Below, piece after piece: positions 11,775 through 22,469 of a stretch of 64,000 bases of DNA. The position numbers were made by a program, and so were the translations under genes. The stretch's first letter is position 1. Every line of letters begins with the position of its first letter. This DNA is from Marsupella aquatica (Eukaryota > Plantae > Marchantiophyta), in contig OZ316891.1 of the NCBI GenBank assembly GCA_973895155.1, forward strand, positions 10,107,875 through 10,171,874, in the 5' to 3' direction. Below the pieces are notes generated by a model that did not search any database, had not been told where the DNA came from, and saw only the letters and a list, made by a program, of their open reading frames with translations.

Positions 11775-14700
11775 CTACTTGTGATGCAATTGCAAAACCT
11801 GCAATACGTCACGGTGTCTAGAGAAACTCTCCAAAGGAATCACTTTGGTAAATGCGTCAGTCGGGTTGAGTTTACCATCAATCTTGACTAGCTCAAACAA
11901 ATTATCAAACACAGCCTGCCTGATAAAATGGTACCTGACGTCAATGTGTTTCACTCTGTTGTCCATCACCTGGTTCACAGCAAGGTGGAGCACACTTTGA
12001 CTATCACAATGGAGCTTCACATTCCCCTGTGGCAATCCCATTTCAGTGATAAGTCTATCCAACCAAATCGCTTCCTTTGCTGCTTCCGCAGCTGCAACAT
12101 ACTCCACTTCTGTAGTAGACTGAGCAATACACTTTTGCAAAGTAGACCTCCAACTTATGCATCCACCGCCAAGTGTGAACATGTAACCTGTTGTTGATCT
12201 CCTTCGGTCCAAATCTTGTCCATAGTCAGAATCAACATAGCCAATCAATGATTTAGCATTCTTTGCATTCGCATCAAATAAAAGACCATGATCCACGGTA
12301 CCCTTCAAGTACCTGATAATCCACTTCACTGCTTCCCAGTGTACCTTCCCTGGATTCGACATGTACCTGCTCACCTTGCCCATAGCCATGGCAAGATCAG
12401 GTCTAGTGCAAGTCATCAAATACATGAGACTCCCCACTGCCTTGTCATACGGAACCTTTGACATCAACCCCTTCTCTGTGTCATCCGTAGGACAGAACGC
12501 TGATGATAACTTGAAGTGTGGAGCCAACGGGGTACTTACTGGCTTGCTATTCCCCATGTTGAACCTTGCAATTACCTTCCTCGCATAACTGCTCTGCGTC
12601 AACCATAGCTTGCCAGCCTCCAAGTCCCTAGTGATCTCCATACCCAAAATCCTCTTAGCTGGCCCTAAGTCCTTCATCTTAAACTCTGCACTAAGCAGTG
12701 CCTTGAGCTTAACAATCTCTGACCTATCCTTGGCTGCAATTAGCATATCATCCACATAAAGTACTAAAACAATGAACCCAAAGACAACATTCTTTACCAG
12801 TTTCAAATACACACAAGGGTCAAATACACTTCTGTGAAAACCTTGTGACCGAATCCAATCGTCAAACCGCTTGTTCCACTGTCTTGGTGACTGCTTCAAC
12901 CCATACAAGGATTTCAGCAATCTGCAAACCAATTCCTCCTGTCCTCTCTTCACAAAACCTAGCGGTTGTCTCATGAAGATCACCTCTTCCAATGTGCCAT
13001 AGAGGAAAGCTGTGACAACATCCATCTGATTTAGCAGCAGACCAAATATTACAACAAGTACACACAATAGTCGTATTGTAGAGTACTTAGCAACTGGTGA
13101 GAAGACCTCATTGTAATCCACACCTTTCTCTTGTGTGAATCCCTTTGCTACCAACCTAGCCTTGTAGACCTTCGATCCACCTCCTATGGAATTATCCTTC
13201 AGCTTGTAAATCCACTTGCTGTCCACCACTTGCTGACCCTTAGGCAGCTTAACAAGCTCCCAAGTTTTGTTGTCCTTTAGTGACTGCATCTCCGTTTGCA
13301 TTGCTGCAGTCCACTTCTGCTTCTCCTTTGAAGCACTTGCCTCATGAAATGAAATTAACGCATCACCCTCATCATCAGCTGTAAAATTATCCTCTTGCAG
13401 TTGAGATGAATCAACCCACTGTCCATACCTTGGTGGAGCGCGTACAGTGCGACCAGATGTTCTTCTAGCCGATGACTCCGGTTGATCTGCGTGTGCTGGT
13501 ACAATTTGAAGCTCAACAGCATCCACTTGCTGCTCACCAGCATCCACAAACTCCTCTGGTTCCTCTAGCACAGGAACCAGCTCCATAATTGGAGCAACTC
13601 CTTCTCTCCGGTCATGCACCTCATAACCAATCTCCCCCTCAACGAGATCCGGGATAGGAGATTTTCCTTTGTCAATACGGGAGACCTGAGTATTCTCCCC
13701 CTCCTTCAATAATCTGGATTCATTGAAGGAAACATCCCTACTGACAACGAGCTTACAGGCAATAGGATCCCATAGCCTATAGGCTTTCACACCACTCTGG
13801 TACCCAAGAAAAACACATTTCTTGGAGGTAGGATCCAACTTGGTCCTATTCTGCTTCGGTGTGAGAGCATATGCATCACTTCCAAAAACTACCAAGCCAT
13901 GATAGTCTGCTTGCCGCTTATAGCGCATCTCAAACGGCGTTTTGAAATTGATAGCACTAGAAGGAGAAAGATTTACCAAATAAGTTGCGGTATTTACAGC
14001 TTCTGCCCAAAATTCTTGTGGTAAACCTGATTGGCTCAACATACTCCGTGACCGCTCCAACAGTGTCCGATTGAGCCTCTTAGTGACACCATTCTGCTGC
14101 GGAGTATAAACTGTGGTGAGATGGCGAGTTATCCCCTGTTCTGAACAGTACTCTTCAAATTCCATTGAAGTGTACTCCCCGCCGTTGTCTGACCTCAGAC
14201 TCTTCACCCTTGTATCCAAATACTTGATCGTGTTTCCAATCTGATTCTCCACCTGGGCCTTCCACTTCTTAAAAATGGACAAGACATCAGACTTATGCGT
14301 CATGAAATAAATCCACACAAATCTTGAGTAATCATCAATAAATGATACATAGTATAACTTTCCAGAGTGTGAGGGAGTCGGGGATGGACCCCACACGTCA
14401 CTATGTATGTACTCAAGAACCGCTTTGGAACGATGAGTTCTAACACCAAAAGCACGACGATGTTGCTTTCCAAGAATGCAATGCTCACAAAACTCTAATT
14501 TACAAGATTGCAAATCAGAAATGAGTCCATTCTTCCGCAAGATAGCCAAACCCTTCTCACTCATGTGGCCTAGCCGTGAATGCCACAGTTGAGTCATCTC
14601 CTCGTGAGACTTGGTTACATTGGCCTCTCCACATACAGTATTGCCCTGTAACACATACAAATTCTTTTGTCTACTCCCCTTCAAAATCACTGTCTCTCCC

Positions 14701-15026
14701 GACCTGACTTGAAGTTCACCATCAATAACGCTCCATTGATGACCATTTGAATCCAACACACCGAGTGAAATCAGATTCTTACGCATGGCAGGTACATACC
14801 TGACTCCGGACACTGTGCGCACAGCGCCATCAAACATTTGAATCTTCACAGACCCAATTCCCTCAATTTGACAAGAGTGATCATTTCCCATCAGAACTGA
14901 ACCGTTTGAAACAGAGTAAGAATTGAAAAACTCACGAATATAACAAATATGAAAAGAGCAAGCACAATCAAGAATTCACACATCATCTGCTCTCTTAGAT
15001 GACGTGCACAGGGCATACCCCCGGCT
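11775..15026 (-). CDS. pol: Copia Pol (protease, integrase, reverse transcriptase, RNase H); protease interrupted by a stop
   Basis: 1038-aa ORF 11775-14891 with LWHSRLGH..CEHC, IHSDVWGP, LRSDNGGEY, YKARLVAKGF, LYVDDML, GYVDSDY and KHIDVRYHF. Its in-frame upstream extension reads DDV*ILDCACSFHIC (protease site). Confidence 0.95.
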
Positions 15027-16067
15027 TCATAAAACATACTCATCATTGAGTAAATCAGCTTCTCCATCAGCCCTAGCCACATTTGCCGATGAAGTTTCCG
15101 CTGCCTTTCCCTTACAGTCTCGCTTGAAGTGTCCAACTTGGTTGCACTTCCAACATGTCACCTGCCTCCTCTGAGGGGATTTACCCTTGGACTTAGATCT
15201 GGATTTAGATCTAAACTGGGTTCTACGGTCCCCAGTTGGTCGCTGCATACTCCTCCCACGGTTAACATTGAGGGCAGCACCAGATGATGAAGGCTGTGAC
15301 GTGATGTGCATCTTTTGCTGAAGATCATCACTAAGCAGAGAACTTACCACGTCATTGTATGAAATGGTATCCCTATCACGATGCAACAACACTCGTGATA
15401 GGGACTGGTAAGATGGAGGCAATGAACTAAGAAGCTGCAGAGCCTTCGTCTCATCATTCAAAGTCTCCCCAAGGTTTTCCAAGTCAACGACCATGTCGTT
15501 GAAAGCATCCACATGGTCTTGCAACTTCGTACCGGATTCCTTCATCCTGAAACTCATCAGTTTGTAGGAAGTGTAGAGCCGGTTCGACAACCCCTTGCGG
15601 TGATACTTGCTCTGCAATTCCGCAAACAAGGACATGCAATCTTTATGTGCACCCAACTGCTTGATGATGGGAGGCATGAGATAGAGTGTAACACACCACA
15701 CTCCTTGCTCCTGCATGCGGTCCCATTTTTTCTCATCAACATCGTCTTCACGAGGGCTCAGCAGTTGGCCCATCCCTGACGCATAGAGCACTCCCTTCAC
15801 CTGCTTCTCCCATAGCAAGTAGTCAGAGCGCCCATCATACTTTGTCACTTCATACTTGGGTCCCCCAAGCTTGAAAGTCCCCATCTTCTTCTTTGGCACT
15901 ACCGTGAGCTCCGGTAGTAGTACTGCTTCCTCCACCACACGCTGCACCGATGATGGTATCGGTGTCACGTGCTCTTCCTTCTGCTCCTCTCTCTGCCCCT
16001 GAAACCTCCGCGGTGATCCTCGTGCTTCAAGTTCCACGTCTTCGAAAAACTCCTCCGAATCACTCAT
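15027..16067 (-). CDS. gag: Copia Gag with CCHC zinc knuckle
   Basis: KYDGRSDYLLW, LLSSLPPSY and CWKCNQVGHFKRDC. Confidence 0.93.
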   Translation of the reverse strand: MSDSEEFFEDVELEARGSPRRFQGQREEQKEEHVTPIPSSVQRVVEEAVLLPELTVVPKKKMGTFKLGGPKYEVTKYDGRSDYLLWEKQVKGVLYASGMGQLLSPREDDVDEKKWDRMQEQGVWCVTLYLMPPIIKQLGAHKDCMSLFAELQSKYHRKGLSNRLYTSYKLMSFRMKESGTKLQDHVDAFNDMVVDLENLGETLNDETKALQLLSSLPPSYQSLSRVLLHRDRDTISYNDVVSSLLSDDLQQKMHITSQPSSSGAALNVNRGRSMQRPTGDRRTQFRSKSRSKSKGKSPQRRQVTCWKCNQVGHFKRDCKGKAAETSSANVARADGEADLLNDEYVL

Positions 16068-17207
16068 ATGAGAAAATCACAAAAAATATTGTTTTTCACA
16101 ACTTCTCAAAAAACTCGAAACTCAACACCGCCGCGTAGCCCACAAAGCTAGGAGTCCAATACTGAAAACCGAAATCAAAATCAAAATTTGACAGAAAAGT
16201 TATTCAAATTTCAGTCGAGGTGGGTAAAACCTTAGGAAACTCCCCCGTTTTGACCACCTCAGGGAATAACCAAAATACCAAGTACAACCCGTTGTCGGAA
16301 TTGCGATGTGATTGGTGCGCCGCGTTGCCAACTTCAATGGCTACAACCTCGCCGAAAAATAACCAAAAAAGTTACCGTTCGGCGGATGAAATCTTTGTCG
16401 GACGGTCAAAAAATAGCTCTCTGGTTTTTTGGAATATTCTATGACCCTTGTACAGGCCCTGTGGGAATTTTGGAAGAACAATCGAGGGGCTGACATGTGT
16501 CCTCGAACCCCCAAAACCCCCTACCACCCTTCGTCGTCGAAATCTGGTCGCGCGCGCAGAAAATACACACGGCAGAATGTACCCCTCGACACCAAACGCA
16601 AGATATCTCACTCGGGTTTTGACGAAATCAAGATCTGATTTCAGATTTGGAAACTAGACTCCGAGGCGGTGAAGATCGATATAAGAAGCACCCAAAACGA
16701 GGAAAGAACGAGGAAGAAAAAAATTGGTAAAGATGACAGATTTCTCTCAATTGCCATAACCAATTTCGAATCAGTTTTTCAAAGAGAAAAAAATGGTACC
16801 TTGTCAACAAGGAATGTTGATCAATTGCACTTGGTGCCGTCACCAAGTCCAACAAGGTAATTGATTTTGCTTAGCCTTCCTCTTTGCATCAAAGAGCCAA
16901 TCCCGGACTCAAAACAATCGTCTTGCCTCAATCTCTCCGTTGAGTCAAAACACTTGACGCTTCTCCCTCCGAGTCGATTGCCAACTTTCTTCACAAAATC
17001 CAGAACGACAAAAACTTAGATCTCTATGCACCACGAGCTCCGTTCAATGATTTCTTCACACCGTTAGAAAGCTCTTGCCCTGATCTATCCGTTGAGCCCA
17101 TAAACTCCAAGTTCCATGCGACGGAACTCTGGGAAATCCACCGACACTCAACGCTGGAAAAAACCGTCATGAAATCCTGTCACGAACATACGTCACCTCC
17201 CAAGCAT

Positions 17208-17219
17208 GCTCTGATACCA
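17208..17219 (-). other. Primer binding site for initiator tRNA-Met
   Basis: TGGTATCAGAGC on the minus strand, 2 nt from the 5' LTR. Confidence 0.93.
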
Positions 17220-17221
17220 AT

Positions 17222-17624
17222 TGTTGAGCATAGACGATGATCGCAACGGCAAGCCAATGAACCATCCAACGCATAATAGTCGACACAAGAGATACGTGGT
17301 TCACCTCCTTGAGGCTACGTCCACGGGAACACACAAGAGAGCTTTACTGAACTCTAAGCCCGTCGGCTATACCGAGTCTCCACAGTGTAAGCTCTCCCTA
17401 TCTCTCAAGTGGCTCCATAACAATGAGCCTTGGTTCTACCTCTCCAAGCACACATGCCTCTTATGATATAGTGTGCAACTTAGTTGTACCTAACCACATA
17501 GTTGTACCTAATCACGTAGTTGTACCTAACCACATAGTTGTACCTAACCACGTAGTTGTACCAACCCACATTGTTGTACCAACCACGTCATACCTAACCT
17601 AGACGTAAGAGTGAATACCCAACA
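17222..17624 (-). repeat. 5' LTR of the copia element (403 bp)
   Basis: Matches 11200-11584 with a few substitutions and one extra 18-bp unit. Confidence 0.97.
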
Positions 17625-17746
17625 TTATCTAGACGTAAGCTTCGTTTGGTATGATTAGACATATTTTCAAGAAAAATAGAGTCACTCTATTTAGTATGCC
17701 CCGCAGCAGTAATACTCAGGTGGTGAGTCCACACCATCAAGCATAG

Positions 17747-17923
17747 ACCATCACCTTTCTCCAGGGATCGACAGACGATATCGATCCAAAACCTCAATGT
17801 CTTCGTTCAGCCCCCGCCATTGAGATGAAATCAAGTAATTATTCCACTTGACTTCTGATCCCACGTTTCTGCATCAATTTGTCCAGAGAGCTGCGGGGAG
17901 ACGTGGTCCGAAGAAAGGCTAGC
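17747..17923. ncRNA. Candidate structured RNA motif, copy A (unassigned family)
   Basis: ACCATCA...stems GGATCGA/TCGATCC, CTCAATG/CATTGAG, GAAATCAAGT/ACTTGACTTC, CCACGTTTC/GAGACGTGG; pseudoknot CCCCGC/GCGGGG; ends AGGCTAGC. Confidence 0.6.
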
Positions 17924-19079
17924 TGTGGCATTTAGGACTTAAGAACTATATTTTCAATTTTTAATGCATAAGGAAACAGCGTAAAGCAGAGAACAGAGGT
18001 GTTGAGATATAATAGTCTTTTTGCACCTGATCCTGGTTACCCATGTGCGTAGTCTCCTGGTGAGCAATTGGTCAGGACCTGAATGTTCGTGCACAATCCC
18101 ACAACGCTTTCTTGCTCCTTGTTTGTTCCTCTGGCTCCCCGCTTCCCAAGCATCGACAATCTACCGTGTGCTGCCAGTTTCAGTGGACGTCGTGCTTTGT
18201 GTGATCTTTAGTGGCAGTGCTATTGCTGGCGGCTTAGATGTATTTTTGGCCCACTTTTAGGTTTGCTGCAGTCCTTGGTATCCATGGACGGTGGTGATGT
18301 TTTTGATCTGATGGGTATCACCATTTTGTCTGTTAGCGACCAGAATGTATCGCATGGGATAGACTGTATTTATATGGGATACATATTGCCTGTGTATTTG
18401 GACTTATTTACTTGGGCCGTTCGTACTTGTTTGTGTATTGTCCCACGGGGTCATGGTCATTTTTCTCCTGTCCAGCCATTCCTGGGTATTCTCCCCATAA
18501 TCTTATGAGAGAGAGAGAGAGATAATTTCATAAGAAGAACACCCATTCAAGGATAATGTCAACTCTGGACTAAATCATAGCTAGCATAAGCGAAGTCTGG
18601 AAAGTGTCGAGCATGGTAACGAATAATATCTCTTTAAATACCCACATACCGAGTCATTCACATTATCTGGTTATACTATCGATAGACATTTTATCACGAA
18701 TTAGTCATGGATTGCAGTCATGAACAAATCCAAGTCTTGTCGCAGCACATTGTTACTAAAGATATGGTCAACACACATAAAGATATCGTAGGCTAGGTAG
18801 TGTTAAAATCAAAGTTAAAGTTGGTAGTCGAACCAGGACACAGTTGTGAATGAGAAAAAAACCCGTCATTGTAGCAGACATCTAGTTACTAGAAGTGCAT
18901 GTGTAGTTTGGCCTGTGCACAACATGTAAGGCTGCGATAATATGCTTATGTTGAGAGAGGTGAATAACGATGGGACTAGGCCGAGGGTATAATCCTTGCC
19001 AGACGCAGGGTGTGGAAAGTCGTATGCATAGTGTTGAGGGAAAAAACAATTTTTGTTGAATGTCGGCGATCGAGTGAGA

Positions 19080-19422
19080 TGTTGAGCACAGACAACACTC
19101 GTAACTGTAAGCACATGACACATCCACTGCGCAAGTAGTCGACACAAGAGATACGTGGTTCACCTCCTCGAGGCTACATCCACGGGAACACATAAGAGAG
19201 CTTTACTGAACTCTAAGCTCGTCGACCATACCAAGTCTCCACAATGTAAGCTCTCCTCATCTCTCAAGTGGCTCCATAACAATGAGCCTAAGTTCCATTT
19301 ATCCAAGCAAACACCGCTTGGCATATAGTGTGCATCCTAGTTAACCTAACCACGTCTCCGACTACGGTTAGTCTAATTACGGTTACATGTCGTAACCCTA
19401 GACCTTGAGTAAATACCTAACA
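19080..19422 (-). mobile_element. Solo LTR of a copia subfamily related to the 11.2-17.6 kb element
   Basis: TGTTGAGCA...AAATACCTAACA shares long blocks with the LTRs (TAGTCGACACAAGAGATACGTGGTTCACCTCCT); TSD TGAGA at 19075-19079 and 19423-19427. Confidence 0.93.
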
Positions 19423-19562
19423 TGAGAGTGATCACAGTAAAAGCCACGGTTAGTAATCGACATATATTGAGAAGGTAGCATTGCAAGGACTTGTGTAATC
19501 CGGGATGAATCCAGGATATCTATGCGGTACCTCATCACAGTCAGTCAATCTGCGTGAAGTTG

Positions 19563-19740
19563 ACCATCAACTAGGGTTGGGATGCAGGAGACATTATCTG
19601 CATTACATACCCCAGGGTCATCGTTCAGCCCCCGTCCTTGGGGCGGGATCAAAAATCATTTTCATTTAATCCCTGTCCCATGTTTCTACTACCTGTAGCC
19701 GTGGCGGTAACGGGGAGACATGGACCAACACTAGGCTAGC
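19563..19740. ncRNA. Candidate structured RNA motif, copy B
   Basis: ACCATCA...stems ATGCAG/CTGCAT, CCCCAGGG/CCTTGGGG, GGGATCAAA/TTTAATCCC, CCATGTTTC/GAGACATGG; pseudoknot CCCCGT/ACGGGG; ends AGGCTAGC. Confidence 0.6.
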
Positions 19741-20769
19741 CGGTATTGCATAATTGCTTGTGGAAATCATCAATTATTCATGTATGAAATAAGAAAATGT
19801 GGTCTGTTTACACATACCTATCCTGCACGTGCCATGTTGAGAGTATCTTCGATCGTTGTGGTAGGCAGCCTGCGTCTCTTGTCAGAAGGGTTTCACTGGT
19901 GTGTGTGTGTGCCACGATCCTCTGCAACATAGGCCTGGGCATGGCACTCGTGCTGCTAGCTGTGGGGTGATTGTCGTTCCTACTGCCCTTAGGAGATGGG
20001 GGTAGAGAGAGAGATATGTTAAAGAGACGACACCCATTCAAGGCCAAGTCAATACTTTACATTGACAAGTCACATAAAAAGTCACGGCATCATAGGTCAG
20101 GGCAGGGAGATAGCAACACATGGATGAGCACATACACCAAGTCCTTCGCAAGTAGATAGATTAACATAATAATACAGCCTGACCATTATGAGGGAGGAAA
20201 CAGGTCCGAGACTTGTTGAGGTCAATATTTACACTGTAGCTATATCCTAGCATGAGTCAAAGATCAGTAAACGCATAAGAACAGTATGTTACACTATAGC
20301 GTCCCCAGTCATGGGTGGAGCACAATAAAGTATGAAAGGAATCGGGTGAAAAAAGGAAGGGATTTAATAAGTACAAGGTCTAACAAAAAGACGCAGGAGT
20401 ATAGATCAAGGACTGAAAAGTCATAAAGCAGAAAAGCCTAGTAAGAAGCTGTCAGTACCTATATACATGAGCAGTATAGATAAAGCAACACTTATTGTAG
20501 ACAAAAAATTAGTGCAAAAAGGACAGGTTTTCAAAGAGGATATTTATAGGATATGGCATGGAACGCATAAAAAGTCAGAACACAGTATGGTAAAGTCGGA
20601 CATGTGCAAGGTAATAGGATTGATGATACTATTTTATAAAAAACATATATGAACAATTCCGGTGTCACAGCAAAGGTGCCATTAGATGGTGCAGGAAAAA
20701 ACCCTTAGTATAAAAAGGGAGATATACTAGGCGGTGCTTCATATAAGCTGGTCAGGCAAATTGAAGTAA

Positions 20770-20943
20770 ACCATCAACTGAAATTAAAGAGCAGTGGACA
20801 CAAACTGCAATACATCCCCGAGGTCGTCATTCAGCCCCCGTCCCCAGGGTGAATCAAGATTCTCAAAAAATGATTCTTGTTGTATGTTTCTGCTACCATT
20901 GAACCGGCGGTAACGGGGAGACGTACATTAATTTCAGGCTAGC
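20770..20943. ncRNA. Candidate structured RNA motif, copy C
   Basis: ACCATCA...stems GCAGT/ACTGC, imperfect CCCCGAGG/CCCCAGGG, GAATCA/TGATTC, TGTATGTTTC/GAGACGTACA; pseudoknot CCCCGT/ACGGGG; ends AGGCTAGC. Confidence 0.58.
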
Positions 20944-21084
20944 ACTATAGAGAAGAAAGGAGTAATAAACCAGGAAAAAGCATGAATCATATACCTAGAG
21001 AGACTTGAGCCATACCCGTGGTCCTCGTGCCATGCTGGTGGAGCCCGTGTGAAAAACAGACACAATAGTGCTCTGTGCAAAAGT

Positions 21085-21268
21085 CACTGCAATAGAGGAT
21101 CTAGAGTACTAAAGTAATGATACATAACAGCAAGCTAAACAGACGAGAGCTGACAGAGAAGGTGTGAGATTGTGAGAAGGTACTAATAGAGAATCTAGAG
21201 TACTGGAGCAATGATAGATAATGTCAAGCTAAACCAACGAGAGCTGACAGAAAAGGTGTGAGAATGTA
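21085..21268 (+). repeat. Direct duplication of ~95 bp
   Basis: aatagag.atctagagtact...caagctaaac..acgagagctgacaga.aaggtgtgaga occurs twice. Confidence 0.85.
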
Positions 21269-21682
21269 CTTGAGAAAAAGATCCTATCAGGAAAAAAAAG
21301 TCAGGAAGCAACTCGCTATCTCCAACGTAAACAGTTGTTAGGAAAGGACCTAGTCAGGAACAGTCATAGAGCAAGATGCGCCTAGAATGAACATAATGAA
21401 CAACTACAGTGCTTTTTAAGGTATGCAGGGAAACTAGGGGAGGCAGCTGCGTGACGGGATGAAATCGTGAGCGTTGTTAGGGCAGCCGCCAGGGGTGGTG
21501 GTTTACATTAGTAAAACCTAATACATGTAAGAAATATTTTTACATATTTAGTAAAGTATCTGTAATATAAGCCCCGGCATAGGGCAATTTTTTAATTTTT
21601 TACTAGTTGTATGTAAGATTTTCATCCTTTATAGATAACTTTAATTTTATTCAGTATTGTAGGTCAAATGCCACCATTTATC

Positions 21683-21686
<4 letters not shown>

Positions 21687-21722
<36 letters not shown>
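21687..21722. repeat. (GA)n microsatellite
   Basis: Pure GA run. Confidence 0.95.
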
Positions 21723-21724
<2 letters not shown>

Positions 21725-22469
21725 CACTCATACTTAGAGCAGCTTGTTAGCCTAGACTATGAGAGATGTATGGTGTTAGCGAGTGATTTATTTATTCTCT
21801 TGACAATGGATATAGCCTAGACAAGGTCATACACATGTCTTTGTGTTAGTGTCGATTGATATTATAAACCTGTTTGATTTGACGTTGTGCTGTCAAATAT
21901 TGTCTCAACACCTTGTAACATTTGCTTATGCCCACCATGTAGGATAGATACCCACCATATCTGAATGAGCCTGTCACACCATTCTAGACAGCATTAGAGT
22001 ATATCATGTTGTCTAGGTTTATATGTTTTGTATGTGTGTTATATGAGCCGATAGAGTTCAATTCATGTTTGAGAGAGATAGTTATCCCTTTGTTGTGGGT
22101 CAAAGGCCTCACTTCTTTGATGTTGAGCCTTTGAGCATGACCTCTGGCGGCTATGGTGTGGCTGACCAGTTTTGTGTATACGTAACGTAGATTCCTCAAA
22201 GTGCGAGGTGCATTTGGCTCGATATCTATATGTGATCGTTCCGGATGGGATTGGATGTTTGATTGGTGTCGATCGTGGTTTGGTTGTATTGAGATTATTG
22301 TGGGTTTTGGACATGTGTGGACATGAGTTCCACTTGCAGCCCATTCTCTTATGTTTGTTTGTGCTCATGTTTGTATATGTGTGACATGCGATGTATGTTG
22401 CGTAACGATGTGTATGCACATAACAAGCCTCAAGTTCTTGTATAGCCAACTCTAGCTGTTTTGATTCAT

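Larger units (their letters stand above)
11200..17624 (-). mobile_element. Full-length Ty1/copia LTR retrotransposon
   Basis: TG..CA LTRs at 11200-11584 and 17222-17624; 5-bp TSD TTATC (11195-11199 and 17625-17629); PBS TGGTATCAGAGC; PPT; domain order gag-PR-IN-RT-RH. Confidence 0.98.

Noticed and set aside
17747-20943. Assignment of the repeated motif to cobalamin riboswitch, RNase MRP, group I/II intron or C/D snoRNA
   Set aside because: Only short coincidental matches (GCCCCCG, ACGGGG, CUGA/UGA). The B12 box, GAAAGUCCCC, domain V, R/S elements and terminal C/D boxes are absent.
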